Of a stretch of 64,000 nt of DNA, positions 11,990 through 25,200 are shown one piece after another. Below the pieces are notes generated by a model. It was not told the DNA's origin. It did no database searches and saw only the letters and a list, made by a program, of their open reading frames with translations. Position 1 is the stretch's first letter, and every line of letters begins with the position of its first letter. Source of the DNA: Octopus sinensis (Eukaryota); assembly GCF_006345805.1 (NCBI RefSeq), contig NC_043006.1:33914001-33978000 (forward strand). The letters are read 5' to 3'. A program made the position numbers and the translations under genes.

Positions 11990-12125
11990 TACATTTGACA
12001 TTTATTTGCCCTCATCTTGTTTGTTGTTAACACAACGTTTCGGCTGATATACTCTCCAGTCTTCTTCAGGTGTCTTGGGAAATTTTGAACCCGGATTCTC
12101 ATTCCTAAGGTATTTTTCGATATTA

Positions 12126-12157
<32 letters not shown>

Positions 12158-12241
12158 CATCATCCAGGTCACTACTTGGAATCGAAGTCAGAATCTTGAG
12201 GTTAGTAGCCTGCACTCTTAACCACTACGCCATATGCCCGT
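11988..12241 (-). mobile_element. SINE family G, copy 2
   Basis: Same layout as copy 1; head GGCGTAGTGGTTAAG...TTCGATTCC. Confidence 0.8.
12029..12074 (-). ncRNA. Minimal type I hammerhead ribozyme-like motif
   Basis: gacac-CTGAAGA-a-gactg(gagagtatat)cagcc-GAAA-CGTT-gtgtt; palindromic AACGTT stem III; one mismatch in stem II. Confidence 0.55.
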
Positions 12242-12767
12242 GTAACTAATGTAAATAATGTACATAATTCCTCATCTCTTAAATATAGATCAGTAATTAT
12301 GCTTTCATATTTCTACTGAAGATTGTTAGTCATACTAAGACCAAGATAAAGAGCCCCCAGTAATTGACATGGTAAATTCCCCCATTTGAAATAAAATTTT
12401 ACGTTGTTGCTTCAGGGTCAGGTGTAACATATTAAAAAAAAAACCCTAAGATAACCTATAATTATCTTAACTCACAGATAGTCATTGGTGCGGTGGTGGT
12501 GGTGGTGATGGAGGTGGGGGTGGTGGTGGTGATGGAGGTGGGGGTGGTGGATTAAGTCAGTTAAGCCTTTAAGCACTTAACAGCAAACATACTTTCACAC
12601 ACTACGTTATCAATCACTATCTCTCTCTCCTATGTTTTTGTCTTCTCATCCCCTCTCTCTCTTTCTCACCCCCACCTTATATATAAATGCATTTATATAT
12701 GTATGCGCACACACATATATCTATATCTATACCTGTATATACATAACTGTATCTATATATACTTTTA

Positions 12768-12945
12768 TCTTTAACCTTTTAATTGTGTCAGTAATTAGGT
12801 TGTGGTCATGCTGGGGCACCATCTTGAAGAATTGACACAAGTACCTTTTTTTTAAAGCCTAGTATTTATTCTATCAGTCTCCTTTGCCAAACTGCTAAGT
12901 TATGGGGATGTAAACAAACCAATTGTCAAGTAGTTGTGGGGGAAC
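12768..12945 (-). mobile_element. CORE-like tRNA SINE family B, 3' part truncated by an LTR; other copies about 8521-8720(-), 9851-9960(-), 17090-17375(-), 21205-21300(-), 23220-23350(+), 27205-27372(+), 27885-28110(-), 29360-29462(-), 53985-54030(-)
   Basis: Shared GGTTCAGTCCCACTG..CCTTGGGCAAGTGTCTTCTACTATAGCC head, internal microsatellite and TAACTTAGCGGTTCGGCAAAAGAGA tail. Confidence 0.8.
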
Positions 12946-13189
12946 TGTTGTATAGTGAAACTGTATACCCCTCCTGGTAAAAAGTGGTTGGAGCCAGCCA
13001 TTATAAATAGATCAGTAGCCAGTCATCAAGAGAGGGTTGAGAGTCCAAGAGTTGAGAGTTGACAGTCCTAGTCAGTGTCTTGTTGAGAAAAAGTTAGTGT
13101 ACTACTATTCTGGTACAAAGAGATACAACGGTATCCAATGACTAGTAACTATTGTGGCTACTAGTGTAAAACAGCAACTACAGTACAAC
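12946..13189 (+). mobile_element. Probable 5' LTR of a Gypsy element
   Basis: Starts TGTTG exactly where SINE-B homology stops, ends TACAAC, and lies just upstream of gag remnants; no second LTR copy found. Confidence 0.45.
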
Positions 13190-13376
13190 GGCAGTCATGC
13201 ATCACACCAGTGGGAGGAACCCACTTCACAACAGTGGCAGAAAGGAAAAACAAATTTACATGGAGTGAAAAAAAACATTCAGATGGAGAGGTTAAACTAA
13301 TTCGCGTGAAAAATTAATTAACTCGACAAAAAAGAAACAAAAATCTTGTTGTGCAAACTTACGAAAATCATAAAAC

Positions 13377-14600
13377 ATGGAAGACTTGTTAGCTGAGGTA
13401 GTTGAGTTGCAAAAACAGCAACAACAACAACTGAAGGAACAATGAGAACAACAACAAGGATTGCAGCAATAAATGTTACGACTAAAGAAGTTGATAACCA
13501 AACCAGAGAATACATTTTTGCCTGATCATGTAGCAAATTCCATCAGTGGATTCAAGTATGACCCTGAAGAAGGAGTAACCACTGAGGCTTACTTTTGAAG
13601 ATTTGAACAAATTTTTTAAAAAGAATGTCAAGATTGACAGATAAAAAGGATGCAGAAATCTGAATGAAAATTCTAGCAAAACTGGAAATGAACCAGGATT
13701 TGACATTACAGGAACTGTCAATAGAGTGTGATATGATATTAAAATTAAGGCATGACATGGAAGAAATTCAATGGGAAGAGTGTTTTTACATAAGACCAGT
13801 GCAAAAAAAGTCAGAAGACAAAGTGTTTCAGGAAAAACAGAAAAATGTAATGGCATGTGGTGGGATGTACCTGAAAAAAGATTGTCCATATAAAAAAGCA
13901 AATTGTGTTTGCTGCAGGTGTACAGAACATATAAAATCATACTGTAAAACTAGAATGATAGGAAAATGGCACAAACAAGAAAAATATAAATAGTTTGTCA
14001 GCTGGAAAAGTGGTGATTATAACAAACAGAAAATTCATGAATGTGAGAATCGAAACCACTAACATCAGAATGCAGTGACATCACAATCATAAATGAGGAA
14101 AACATGAGAATAAATGGGTAAACCAAAATTATGTAGTCCAAATTATGTATGGTGTTAGAGGAAAAAAAATTATACGTCATGGGTGAACGCATTTGTAATA
14201 TGATGTTCAAAGGTCAAACCAAAAAAGCGAATGTTTATGTGTTAAAAAAATCCATGAATTTATTTGGCATTGAATGTATGAATAAATTTAATTTATGAGA
14301 TACATCCATAAGCGTTTTGTGCAATAATGTAAATGGAGGAGTCAAGAGATCAAACGAGGTTGATGAACTGAGACAAAAAAAAAACAAAAGAAACTTTCCC
14401 AAAAGTTTTTGTGGAAGGTTTAGGCTGTTGCATAAAAACGAAAGTAAAGATTGCTATCAAAAAAAAAAAATTCAACACCTATTTCTAGGTCTGATCGTGC
14501 CGTTTGTGTGGGGAGGTAGACAAAAAAAACCACGGTCAATAAAAAACTAGAAAGGTTGGATAGTCTGATATAACAATTTTTCAAGATTGACCCGCAGGAC
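13377..14600 (+). pseudogene. Degenerate Ty3/Gypsy gag-protease-start of RT
   Basis: Reads SISGFKYDPEEGVTTEAYF*RFE (gag), ACGGMYLKKDCPYKKANCVCC...HIKSYC (zinc knuckles), DITIINEE..GKPKL (protease), FPKVFVEGLGCCIKTKVK (pre-RT); many stops and frameshifts. Confidence 0.8.
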
Positions 14601-14931
14601 ATGTAAAAAAAAATAATATAAGCTAAGATAGTTTCTTTTCAGACATACCTCATATCAAAGATACTTTTTTTTTCTAATACTTTCTGGGAAGTACTTATCA
14701 TTCCCAGAAGAGTGAAAGCTAGAATTGACCTCAAGGAAACTTAAACTCAGAAATTATCTAAAGAGGCATGATGGAATTCTTCAAAGAATATTGTTTGACA
14801 GTTTTACCAATCCTGTTAACTTTCTTCTCTGTTAGTGATTAGAATGATGTTGGATGCAACCCTTATTATGATAATGATTGAAGAGGCAACAGCTGATGCG
14901 GGAGATGATGATGATGATGATAATGATGGTA

Positions 14932-14975
<44 letters not shown>

Positions 14976-15482
14976 GATGTTGATGCTGTTTACAAAAATA
15001 AATGGACAGTCATAAATTTGATGATGCCAGCAGATATCTGCATGATGACAACTACAATCAAATCATGGGAATTATGATGCTGATGATGTATGGTGGTGGT
15101 GGTGGTGGTGGTAATATCATTGCCACCACCACCACCACCAACAACAACAGCAGCATCAGCAACAACAATGATGCTGCTGCTACTGATGATGAGTGGACAA
15201 TGAAAACATCACCAGCAGAGATGACATTGACAGCGGGAAGCCTCAAAGTGGTGGCTCAAGCTGCTGGAAACAGCTGTCAAATGTCCCACAAATTAAAACC
15301 TAACCTCTTAAACAAAGCAGGACTCAGATATATTATATTAAATAATTAAAAAGAAGTCAATGACTAGCATTGGCGCGGATGAAATGAATGCTTTTGATCA
15401 TAGGCCTCCTGCTCAGTTAAGGCTGGCCAAACAACAAGAAAGATAACACTAGCAGTGATGATGATGATGGTGGTGGTGATGA

Positions 15483-15513
<31 letters not shown>

Positions 15514-16180
15514 GATGACAACGATGATGATGGAGATAACAATGACAATGACAGTGATGATGATGATGACGACAACGCTGATGACGACGGTGATAATTAT
15601 TATTATAACAACAGCAACAAAGATGATGATGATGACGACGACGATGACAACAGCAATAATAATAATGACAATGATAATAACGACAACGACGATGATGATG
15701 ACAGTGATGATGATGATGATCATCATCATCATGAATGGACAACAACAGCAATAAAAAGGATAAAAAGAAAACAACGATGACATTTACAGTAACAAAACTA
15801 TCAAACACAATAATGAAAATGGTGATGATGGTGATGATGATGATGATAATAATAATGACAAGATTCTAATGACTCCAGTGTTAATTAAAAACGTCTGAGT
15901 AAACACTGACAAAACAATATATCATTGGAATATCCAAGAGTTTTGGTCAACATTTTCCAAGAATGTCTTGGATACAGTCAACAAACTTTCATAAAAGCCA
16001 ACAAAATTACCCACAATGCAAACAGAAATCCAGCTGTAAATAACATCCACCCACCCATCCACCCACACTATACATGCATATCATATTTCGCATTCACACA
16101 ACATGGACATGCATTCTCATGCACATATGCACAACATACACACGTCATAACCAGTGACGAATGATTTCACATTCAGTTAG

Positions 16181-16214
<34 letters not shown>

Positions 16215-16414
16215 AATGTACGTTCTTCTATACTCACATGGATGGGTATGGGCTTGCCACTGTATTTACAACAAGCCTGGACATTCAACATGTATGCATA
16301 TGTATTTTCATATATGCGTGTGTGTGAGTGTGTGTGCGTACATACATGTATATGAATAATATTATATATATGTACGTCTATACATGTATGCATATACATA
16401 TATAGCATATACAA

Positions 16415-16457
<43 letters not shown>

Positions 16458-16495
16458 CATAGATATACACATATATATATATATTCATATATGTA

Positions 16496-16543
<48 letters not shown>

Positions 16544-17644
16544 TATATGCATGCAATCACATACATAAAATGTACGAACATATGTGGTGTTAATATATAT
16601 TCTAATATCTATGGATATCTGTGTATTTTCATGTGGTGGTGTGTGTGTGTGTGTGTATGCATGCACACGTGTGTGTGTGAGTGTTTCTTTCTCATGTGTG
16701 GGTGTATGCAATCAACAGGATTTCATGACACATGTATACACATTCAAATAAACACATATTCAACACACTAATATACACACATGCACACACACACACATGA
16801 ATCGTGTAAATTATTCCACTATGACACAATCGATTGCTGTTTTCATGATAATAATTCAACCAACCAAGTGGTATGTCTTCAATGGGGCAGTGTATTCAAT
16901 GTGGAACTCTCTTCTCAAGAAAATACAAACTTTACCAAGGTTCACACCATTGTAGCCTACTTCTCCTGAGAAGTTTCAAATCTCTGCTCAGTTCAATTTA
17001 CAATATTGATATCAAATTGTGCCACAAGGCAGCAATTTCGGGGGAGAAGTTAAGTCAATTACTTTGACCCCCAGGGCTCAACTTTTGTCTTTTATCTTTC
17101 ACTTGTTTTCAGTCATTGGAATGTGATCATGTTTGCCACCCCCACCCCCGCCCTTGAAGGGTTCAGTCAAACAAATCGACTCTAATATTTGTTTTCAGTC
17201 TGGTACTTATTCTATCAATCTCTTTTGCTGAACTGCTAAGTCACAAGGATGTAAATATGCAGAGCTGGGAGACAAACACAAACTCACACATGATGATCTT
17301 CTACACAGTTTCCATCTACCAAATTCACTCACAAGGCATTGATTGGTCCATATTCTGAATGGCTGACCCACAGTTGTCATAGTCATGTTCTCTTCAGGTG
17401 TTTCACATCTCTTATCAATTTGAATTGAAGACATTGGGTCACTTTGACTCAGTTAACAACACTGAACTTCCATTGAAGCAACAACAGTAGCCAAGCAGTA
17501 TCTCAAGATAATTGTTCCATTTTCGTGGAGGCTGAGCTAGGCCAAACTGGATCAAGCAGACCAAGGATCAAAGCCTTCCTAGCTGTAACTATCTCATGTT
17601 TTTTCTCAAGCAGTGTGTTCCCAGGTTCACATTCTGAAGGATAC

Positions 17645-17815
17645 TCTTTAGCATTTAAACTGCTCATATCTGGCTCAACTATTCTACTTGTTTTATGCTA
17701 ACAATAAACAATCACATCATCAAAATCTCAAAGTTAAAAGATAATACATGACACATTCAAAAACAATGGCAATAAATAAGCATTACATTTGACAGAATGT
17801 TGAAGAGTTAAGGGT
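17645..17815. mobile_element. MITE family E, internally deleted copy
   Basis: CTTTAGCATTTAAAC..ATATCTGGC..ACAATCACATCATC..GCATTACATTTGACAGA shared with the other E copies. Confidence 0.55.
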
Positions 17816-18163
17816 GATTGGGCTGCTATTTCTAGCAAATTGAGTCACAATGTAGAGACTTCCTCTTTGATGTAGCCATCTGGTTAATTATCAGTTCTGG
17901 TCAAGCTGATCAATAGTCAAAAACATTTCAGCCATGTCTATGTTGTCTTTTCTCAGACAGAGTGTAACTAGAATTTCATTATTCAAGGTACCCGTGTTCT
18001 GTGGAGATTTAGCTGCTGTGTCTAGCAGGTTAAGCAACTAAATAAAGATTTCCTTGGCGATTTGGCTGTCTGTTGATTATTGTGTTAGACATGACAGAAG
18101 TTAGAAAATTACAGTTTTAAAATCTCACAATGAGAGATATTCAGTAACAGTACTTTGGAGTAA

Positions 18164-18363
18164 AGATTGTTTGCCAACATAACATGGCAGTCCTGGTTTA
18201 GGACTGAAGGGAAATAACCTGGAAATCGCGATACACAGATATTGTTTTGAGCTGAGTGGGTGTGCTAGATTCCCTTGTTCAAAAATACAAGGACACAGAT
18301 CATGTTGTATAGCCAAACATTTGTCCTAAACCAGGACTGCCATGTTATGTTGGCAAACAATCT
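18164..18363. mobile_element. 200-bp MITE with perfect 41-bp TIRs and TAA target duplication (PIF/Harbinger-like)
   Basis: AGATTGTTTGCCAACATAACATGGCAGTCCTGGTTTAGGAC and its exact reverse complement; TAA at 18161-18163 and 18364-18366. Confidence 0.75.
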
Positions 18364-19898
18364 TAACTGCATGATAGAAGTTGGTAGAAACTGTTTTGAT
18401 GCTCTTGATTCAATGCGTACACTGGGCTCTATTATCCAATATTCCCCTTTTTTTTAAACTTGTAGAATGAGATACAATGAAGATTTAGCTGCTATTCCTA
18501 GCATCTTGAGCAATCAGTAGGAGGACCTCATCTAATCACTAATCAACGGCTGTTGGTTGTTTGGTTGGTTTATTATTCCTTGGTGGTGATTGGTAAGTGT
18601 ATACGGGTTGAGATTAGGTGTGGTGATGGTGATGGTCGTGGTGGTGATCGTGGTGAATCCTAGCATCTTGAGCAATCATGTAGAGGCTCACTAATTCACT
18701 AATCAACTGGCTGTTGTTTTTCTTGTTTATCCTTATTTAAGGTGAAGGTTGAGATAGGTGTGGTGATGGTGAGGGCAGTGGTGGTGATCGTGGTGGCAGT
18801 GGCAGTGATATTGAAGGTTGAATTAAATATTGGTGGCAGTGTGTTAGTGGTGGTGGTGGTGGTGGTGGCGGTGGTTGTGGCAGTGGTGGTGGTGATGGTG
18901 ATGGTGGTGGTGGTGATATTGAAGGTTGAGTTGAATATGGGTGGTGGTGGTGGTTGTGATAATATGATGGTGGGGGTGGTGGGGGGTGGTGGGGGTTGGT
19001 GGGGGGTGGTGGGGGGGTGGGTGATGGTGGTGGCGGTGGTGGTTGTGGCGATTGTGGTGGTGAAGGTCGAGATGGGTGTGGTGATGTTTGCAATGGTGAT
19101 GACGGTAGGGTGGCGACGGTGAAGGTTGACATAGATAGAGTGATGGTGGTGGTTGTGATTGTGTTGGTGTCAGTTATGTTACTGCTGTTGTTGTTGGTGG
19201 TGGTGAGGGTGGTGATGATGGTAGTGGTGGTGGTTGTGAAATTGCAGAAGAGATAAATAACGAGCTTATCGTTACTAAAGCTTATTACTTTGAATCATTT
19301 TTAGGATTTCTTAATTTTCTGGATACTGATGTGTGTGTGTGTGTATGTGTATGTGTGTGTATTTTATATATGGATATATATGGAAATGTGAGTTTATGTC
19401 TGAGTATGTGCTTACCAACATGTTTGGAAGTGCTTAAAAATGTGTATGCTTATGTGCATATATGCAAAAGATGATGTACTTGGATGTATGTATATATGTG
19501 AATGTGTGGGTCTCGGTGTGTATGTATCTGTGTATGTTTATATGCATATACATATATATGTTTATTTCATATATATAAATGTACATATGTATACACACAC
19601 AAACATATATATATATATGTGTATATATATGCATGTGTATATATGTATGTCTGAATGTATATGTATGTGTGTGTATTTGTATGCATATAAATATATTATA
19701 TATGCACATACATGCAGACACACATGTGCACATACATGCACACACACATGTGCACATACACACACACACACACAGAAATATATATGTGCGAGTGTGGTGT
19801 GTGCGTATATATGAATATGTATGCATATAAGCAAGGGTTTATATTCACATACGCAAAAGCATAAACAATATGTGTATATATACAGAGATATATATTCA

Positions 19899-19934
<36 letters not shown>

Positions 19935-20314
19935 TGTATGTATGTATGTATATGTAGCTTTTAACATTTGTGTTTGTGTACGAAATCACTAGAATACAAA
20001 GATGTCAGTGTAAAGAACATGAAAAGAGAGAACTCGATACCTGAAAGCAGAGTTTAGAATATATGTTTATGAAGGCCAAGCTTAACATTTCGTGACTCAC
20101 TTTTGCATATATGATAATATATATATATATATATACACACACATGCACACACACATATATATATAGACACACACGCACACACATATATATATATTCACCA
20201 CACACCACACATATATACACACATAACCCCACACACACATATATATATATATACATATATATATATACATATATATATATACACTATATATATACATATA
20301 TATAATATACACAC

Positions 20315-20349
<35 letters not shown>

Positions 20350-20719
20350 ACATATATATATATATATATACATATCTATACATTATATATATATATATAC
20401 TTAATATACTATACATATATATATCTACATATAATATCCATATACATAAATACATATATATAATATCCATATATATATATATATATATATTATATACATA
20501 ACATATAATGATCTTATATATATATATATATATATTTATTTATATATATTATATATATATATATATATACATATAGATATATATTTATTTATTCTACTTA
20601 TATATAGATATCTCTATATATATATATATATATCTATATAATGTATATATATATACTTATATATCTAGATATATATATATATATATAATATAGATACAAA
20701 ATAAGAATAAATAAATATT

Positions 20720-20993
20720 TCTAAATCCTCAGAGAGATTTATACAGTAGTGACACGATATAGTAGTTGTATGCTGTCAACCCCATGTGACAGTCCCACGA
20801 AAGGAATACTACTACTGTTATTTAGCCCTAGGAAGCACGGCCTTGACACATTTCCTGTGTCCTTATGTTTACAAGGAGGAGATACGCACCTCCACTCAGG
20901 AAAGCCAACCTTCGGAGACTAGTTTCTGAGTCATTGCTCATCTTCAGCCATGCTACTCCAGACTGAAGATGAGAAATGACTCAGAAACTAGTC
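20720..20993. mobile_element. Probable Penelope-like pseudo-LTR remnant ending in an inverted pair of hammerhead motifs
   Basis: 31-bp arms at 20917-20947 and 20963-20993 (1 mismatch), each reading CTGAAGA-TGAG(N6)CTCA-GAAAC-TA-GTC. Confidence 0.6.
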
Positions 20994-22302
20994 ACAGGCA
21001 AAAGGGGTCAGGTGCAGCTCTCCTGTCAAACTGTCCAACACATGACAGCATGGGAAATGGTTGTTAAATTATGATGATGGTGATGTGATGATGATGATAC
21101 ATATATATATATATGTATCATATATAGCACCAGGTGGTGCTATTAAGTTAGACATGGCCTGGGCCAATAATGGCAGAAACCTATCAAAGTATCAAAGTAT
21201 ACAATGGGCTTCTTTCAGTTTCCGCTTACCAAATCCACTCACAAGGCTTTGGTCAGCCCAAGGCTATAGTAGAAGACACTTGCCCAAGGTACCATGCTGT
21301 GATATTTATATTCATATTTGTGTATGTGTGAGTGTGTGTGTGTGTGTGTGTGCAAACATGTCGAATGCAGGTTTGTGTTGAGTGTATGTATTTGTGGGCC
21401 TGTGTATATGCGTCTATGGATGTGAATAATTAGATAAATGCATCTCTCTTATGTGTGTGTACACCCCTGTCTACGCATATGTTTATGCAAGCAAGCACAC
21501 ATCTGTTATAGATATGTGTATGATGGAGGTCGGGGGGGGGGGTTAGGGGTGTGTGGGGGGGTTGCATATAAAAATATAAACATTAGATAAGGCATGACTG
21601 AGATAATCAAATTACAACTTCAAAAAGATAATATTAATTAAAAATTATACACACAAAATAATTGTAGTGTTGTGTATAAGTTGTCACACACACACACACA
21701 CACATGCAAAACACATACACACACAGACAACACACAAACACACACAAACACACAGACACTCATGACACACATACACACACAACACACACACGTACACACG
21801 CACAGAACACACACATACACATACAACACATGCACAGAACACACACATACACAAGCACACACATACATGCACAACACACATAGACACAAAACACACACAC
21901 TTACACAAACACACACAGCACACACACATATACACACAACACATGCATACACACAACCACACACACTCACAACACACACATATGCACACACAAACACACA
22001 CACACTCACAACACACACACACACAGTCACTACACACACACAACACACACACACATATGCACACATTGTTTTATGCAAGTGTAATTGGTCTTATATGTTG
22101 TTTTTTTATTATTCAAAACAGGTTTCCGAACTAAGAAAGCAAAGCTGTCACATCCTCTGCAGTTGGTTGATGAAATACCAGTTGCATAGTGGGGGGTCTA
22201 TGGTACAACTACTCCACCCCATCCGAAATGTGCTGGCCTTGTGCCTAACATCACCATCATTTAACGACTGCTCTCCATGCTGGCATGGGTTGGACAGTTT
22301 GA

Positions 22303-22690
22303 CCAGAGTTGGACGGTTTGTGTGTATTAGGGTGGCGAGCTGGCAGAAACATTAGCACGCCGGGCGAAATGCGTAGCTGTATTTCGTCTGCCATAAGTAC
22401 TGAGTTCAAATTCCGCCAAGGTCGACTTGCCTTTAATCTTTCGGGGTCAATTAAATAAGTCCAGAGTTGGACGGTTTGTGTGAATTAGGGTGGCGAGCTG
22501 GCAGAAACATTAGCACGCCGGGCGAAATGCGTAGCTGTATTTCGTCTGCCATTATGTACTGAGTTCAAATTCCGCCAAGGTCGACTTTGCCTTTCATCCT
22601 TTCGGGGTCAATTAAATAAGTACCAGTTACGCACTGGGGTCGATATAATCGACTTAATCCGTTTGTCCTCTCTGTGTTTAGCCCCTTGTG
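22303..22690 (+). mobile_element. SINE-A (A2 tail) with a tandem duplication of its 5' part plus flank
   Basis: Units 22303-22460 and 22461-22621 are near-identical. Confidence 0.8.
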
Positions 22691-23912
22691 GGTAGTAAAG
22701 AAATAGGTTTGACTAGAGCTGATAAGCTGGAGAGCTGCACCCGGTTCCAGTGTGATTTGGAATGGTTTCTATGGCTCAATGCCAACCACTCCAGGAGTGT
22801 AATGAGTGCTTTTATGTGCCACTGGCACAGGTGCCTAACAGTGAAACTGTTACATGGTATACACAAATGTGTTAAATTTGGAATCAATGCCCTTGATTCC
22901 AAACCACAACTTATTTCTTGAGATATCAAAGACCTTTGGAACAGTCCTGGTCATGTAACAACATATCTTTCAGGTTCTTTGCCAAAGTTCTTTTACAAAC
23001 ACATTCATTTTTGTTGCTGCTTTAGAATTACTCTTTTGCAGTTCTAAATTTAATCCTATTCCTTGTAAGAATTGCTGCAAGAGTCTACTGCACCACCAGA
23101 TGCACCACTGTGTTCCTTAGATTCTCTGCAGCTTTACCATATCCGAATATATACGGCAGGCTTGTATGTGACATCTACTTTGCTTTGTGGTGAAGATTTG
23201 CTTGTGGTTTTGGAGCTGCATTGATAACACTATAGGCGCAGGCACAGCTGTTTGCTTAAAAAGGTCGCTTCCCAACCGCTTGGTTCTAGGTTCAGTCCCA
23301 CTGCATGGCACCTTGGACAAATGCACTCTACTATATGACCAAGGGTGGTGGTGGCTAAAAAGTTCATACAGGAGGATCAGTTAATTATGATTTTATTCAA
23401 CATATTACCCTCTCATATTCACACACTTATTGCAGTGGTCTTTCAGTTTTTCTAAGCCCTGTAAAAGAGCTCAGAAGATTGGGCCTCCAACCAGACTCTT
23501 CATGATACCCTTAGAGCCAGGAACTTTTCAGCACCCCCTTGTTTATAAATATATGTGTATATGTGTATATATATATATATAAATCATTATCATCATCACC
23601 ACTACCATTTAACATCCATTTTCCATTGGCATGTGGTGTTGGAGGTTTCACAGGATCTGGTGAGCCAGATGACTGCACCAAGCTGCAATGTCTGTATTGG
23701 TATATTTTTTATGACTGGATGCCCTTCCTAACACCAGATACTTTATAGAGAGCTGTTTCTGTGGCCGCTGAACCAGAGACGTCACCAAGTAATTCACAAG
23801 GCAGCAATGAGACAGGAAGGTGGCTTTATGTTAGGTGAAGGAGTGACAGGAATAGGTGTCTTGCTGTTGGGAATGGACATGGCTAGCTCAGTTGGAAAAG
23901 AGAGGTGATATG

Positions 23913-23949
<37 letters not shown>

Positions 23950-23987
23950 GGATAGATAGATAGAGAGATAAAGAAATAGATAGATGC

Positions 23988-24019
<32 letters not shown>

Positions 24020-24023
24020 ATAG

Positions 24024-24066
<43 letters not shown>

Positions 24067-25149
24067 TATAAATGGTTCATCCTTAAATTGGTTAACAGAC
24101 TTTCCACCTATTTGTGTAATTAAACAAGCATAAATGAAAAGTTTTCCTATAATTAAACCTACATATACACACTCACACACACATACACATGCATACAGAC
24201 ATATAGTAACACACACCTAATTTTAGACATCATTATAAAAACTTTGTTCAGATCTGCCGTATTCAGACAGCTAAATAAAAAGAAATATTAGAGAAAAAAA
24301 AGCAAAAAATCTTCAAAGGAAAATAAATTTTATAATTTTAAAATTTAAGCAAATATATCAACACACCTTTTCCAGACAATCTGTTACTTTTTTTTAAGCA
24401 AAAAGAAACGTAACAAAAAACAAAACGCATAAAGCCCTTATTATATTGTTTTACATTTATACATCACCACCACCACCACCGCCATCATCATCCTCATCAT
24501 CATCATCATCATCACCACCACCACCACCACCACCATCATCATCGTTTGTTTCTCATGATTGGGATGGTTTGATAGGAGCCAGTGTGCCAAGGTCCATTGT
24601 CTTCTTTACCATAGTTTCGAGGGCCAGATGCCCTTCCTAACACCAGCCACTTTACTGAGTGTACTAGGTGCTTTGTAAGTGGCACCCACACTGGTGAGGT
24701 TACCAAGTAACTTGTGAGGCAAGACCCCACACAACTGAGGCAGAGTGCAATAGCTTTATGTCAGGTGATGAGAGGATAAAGTAGGGTAGAGGAAGAGGAG
24801 GTGTTACCAGGTTACCCCAGATGGAAAAGAGAAAGGGTGGTTGGTGATGAAGATGTATCAGGGTATATACCCTCATTTTATAAGAAATTGAATTCAAGAG
24901 AAGTGGTGGCTAAGTAAGTTTGTGGATGTCTGAGAAGCACATGACAGATGGGTAGAAATGAGAATAGAGGGAAATTTTATATACCTATATAGAAACTGAA
25001 TAAGCGACATCACTAGAGGAACTTCAAAGTCCCTGACAATAAAAGTACGTTTCTAAATAGGAGCTGTGTCCTTTATTCGGTCATTATTTATAGTTTTTAG
25101 TCATATAAAAAGCACTATTTTTAATATTACATGCACACACATTCACACA

Positions 25150-25200
<51 letters not shown>

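Noticed and set aside
13664-13993. 109-aa ORF as a functional zinc-finger gene
   Set aside because: It is a stop-free stretch of a decayed Gypsy gag.
23042-23163. Candidate + strand exons with good splice sites
   Set aside because: Several mutually exclusive readings, one needing a 56-nt intron; cannot be resolved without RNA data.
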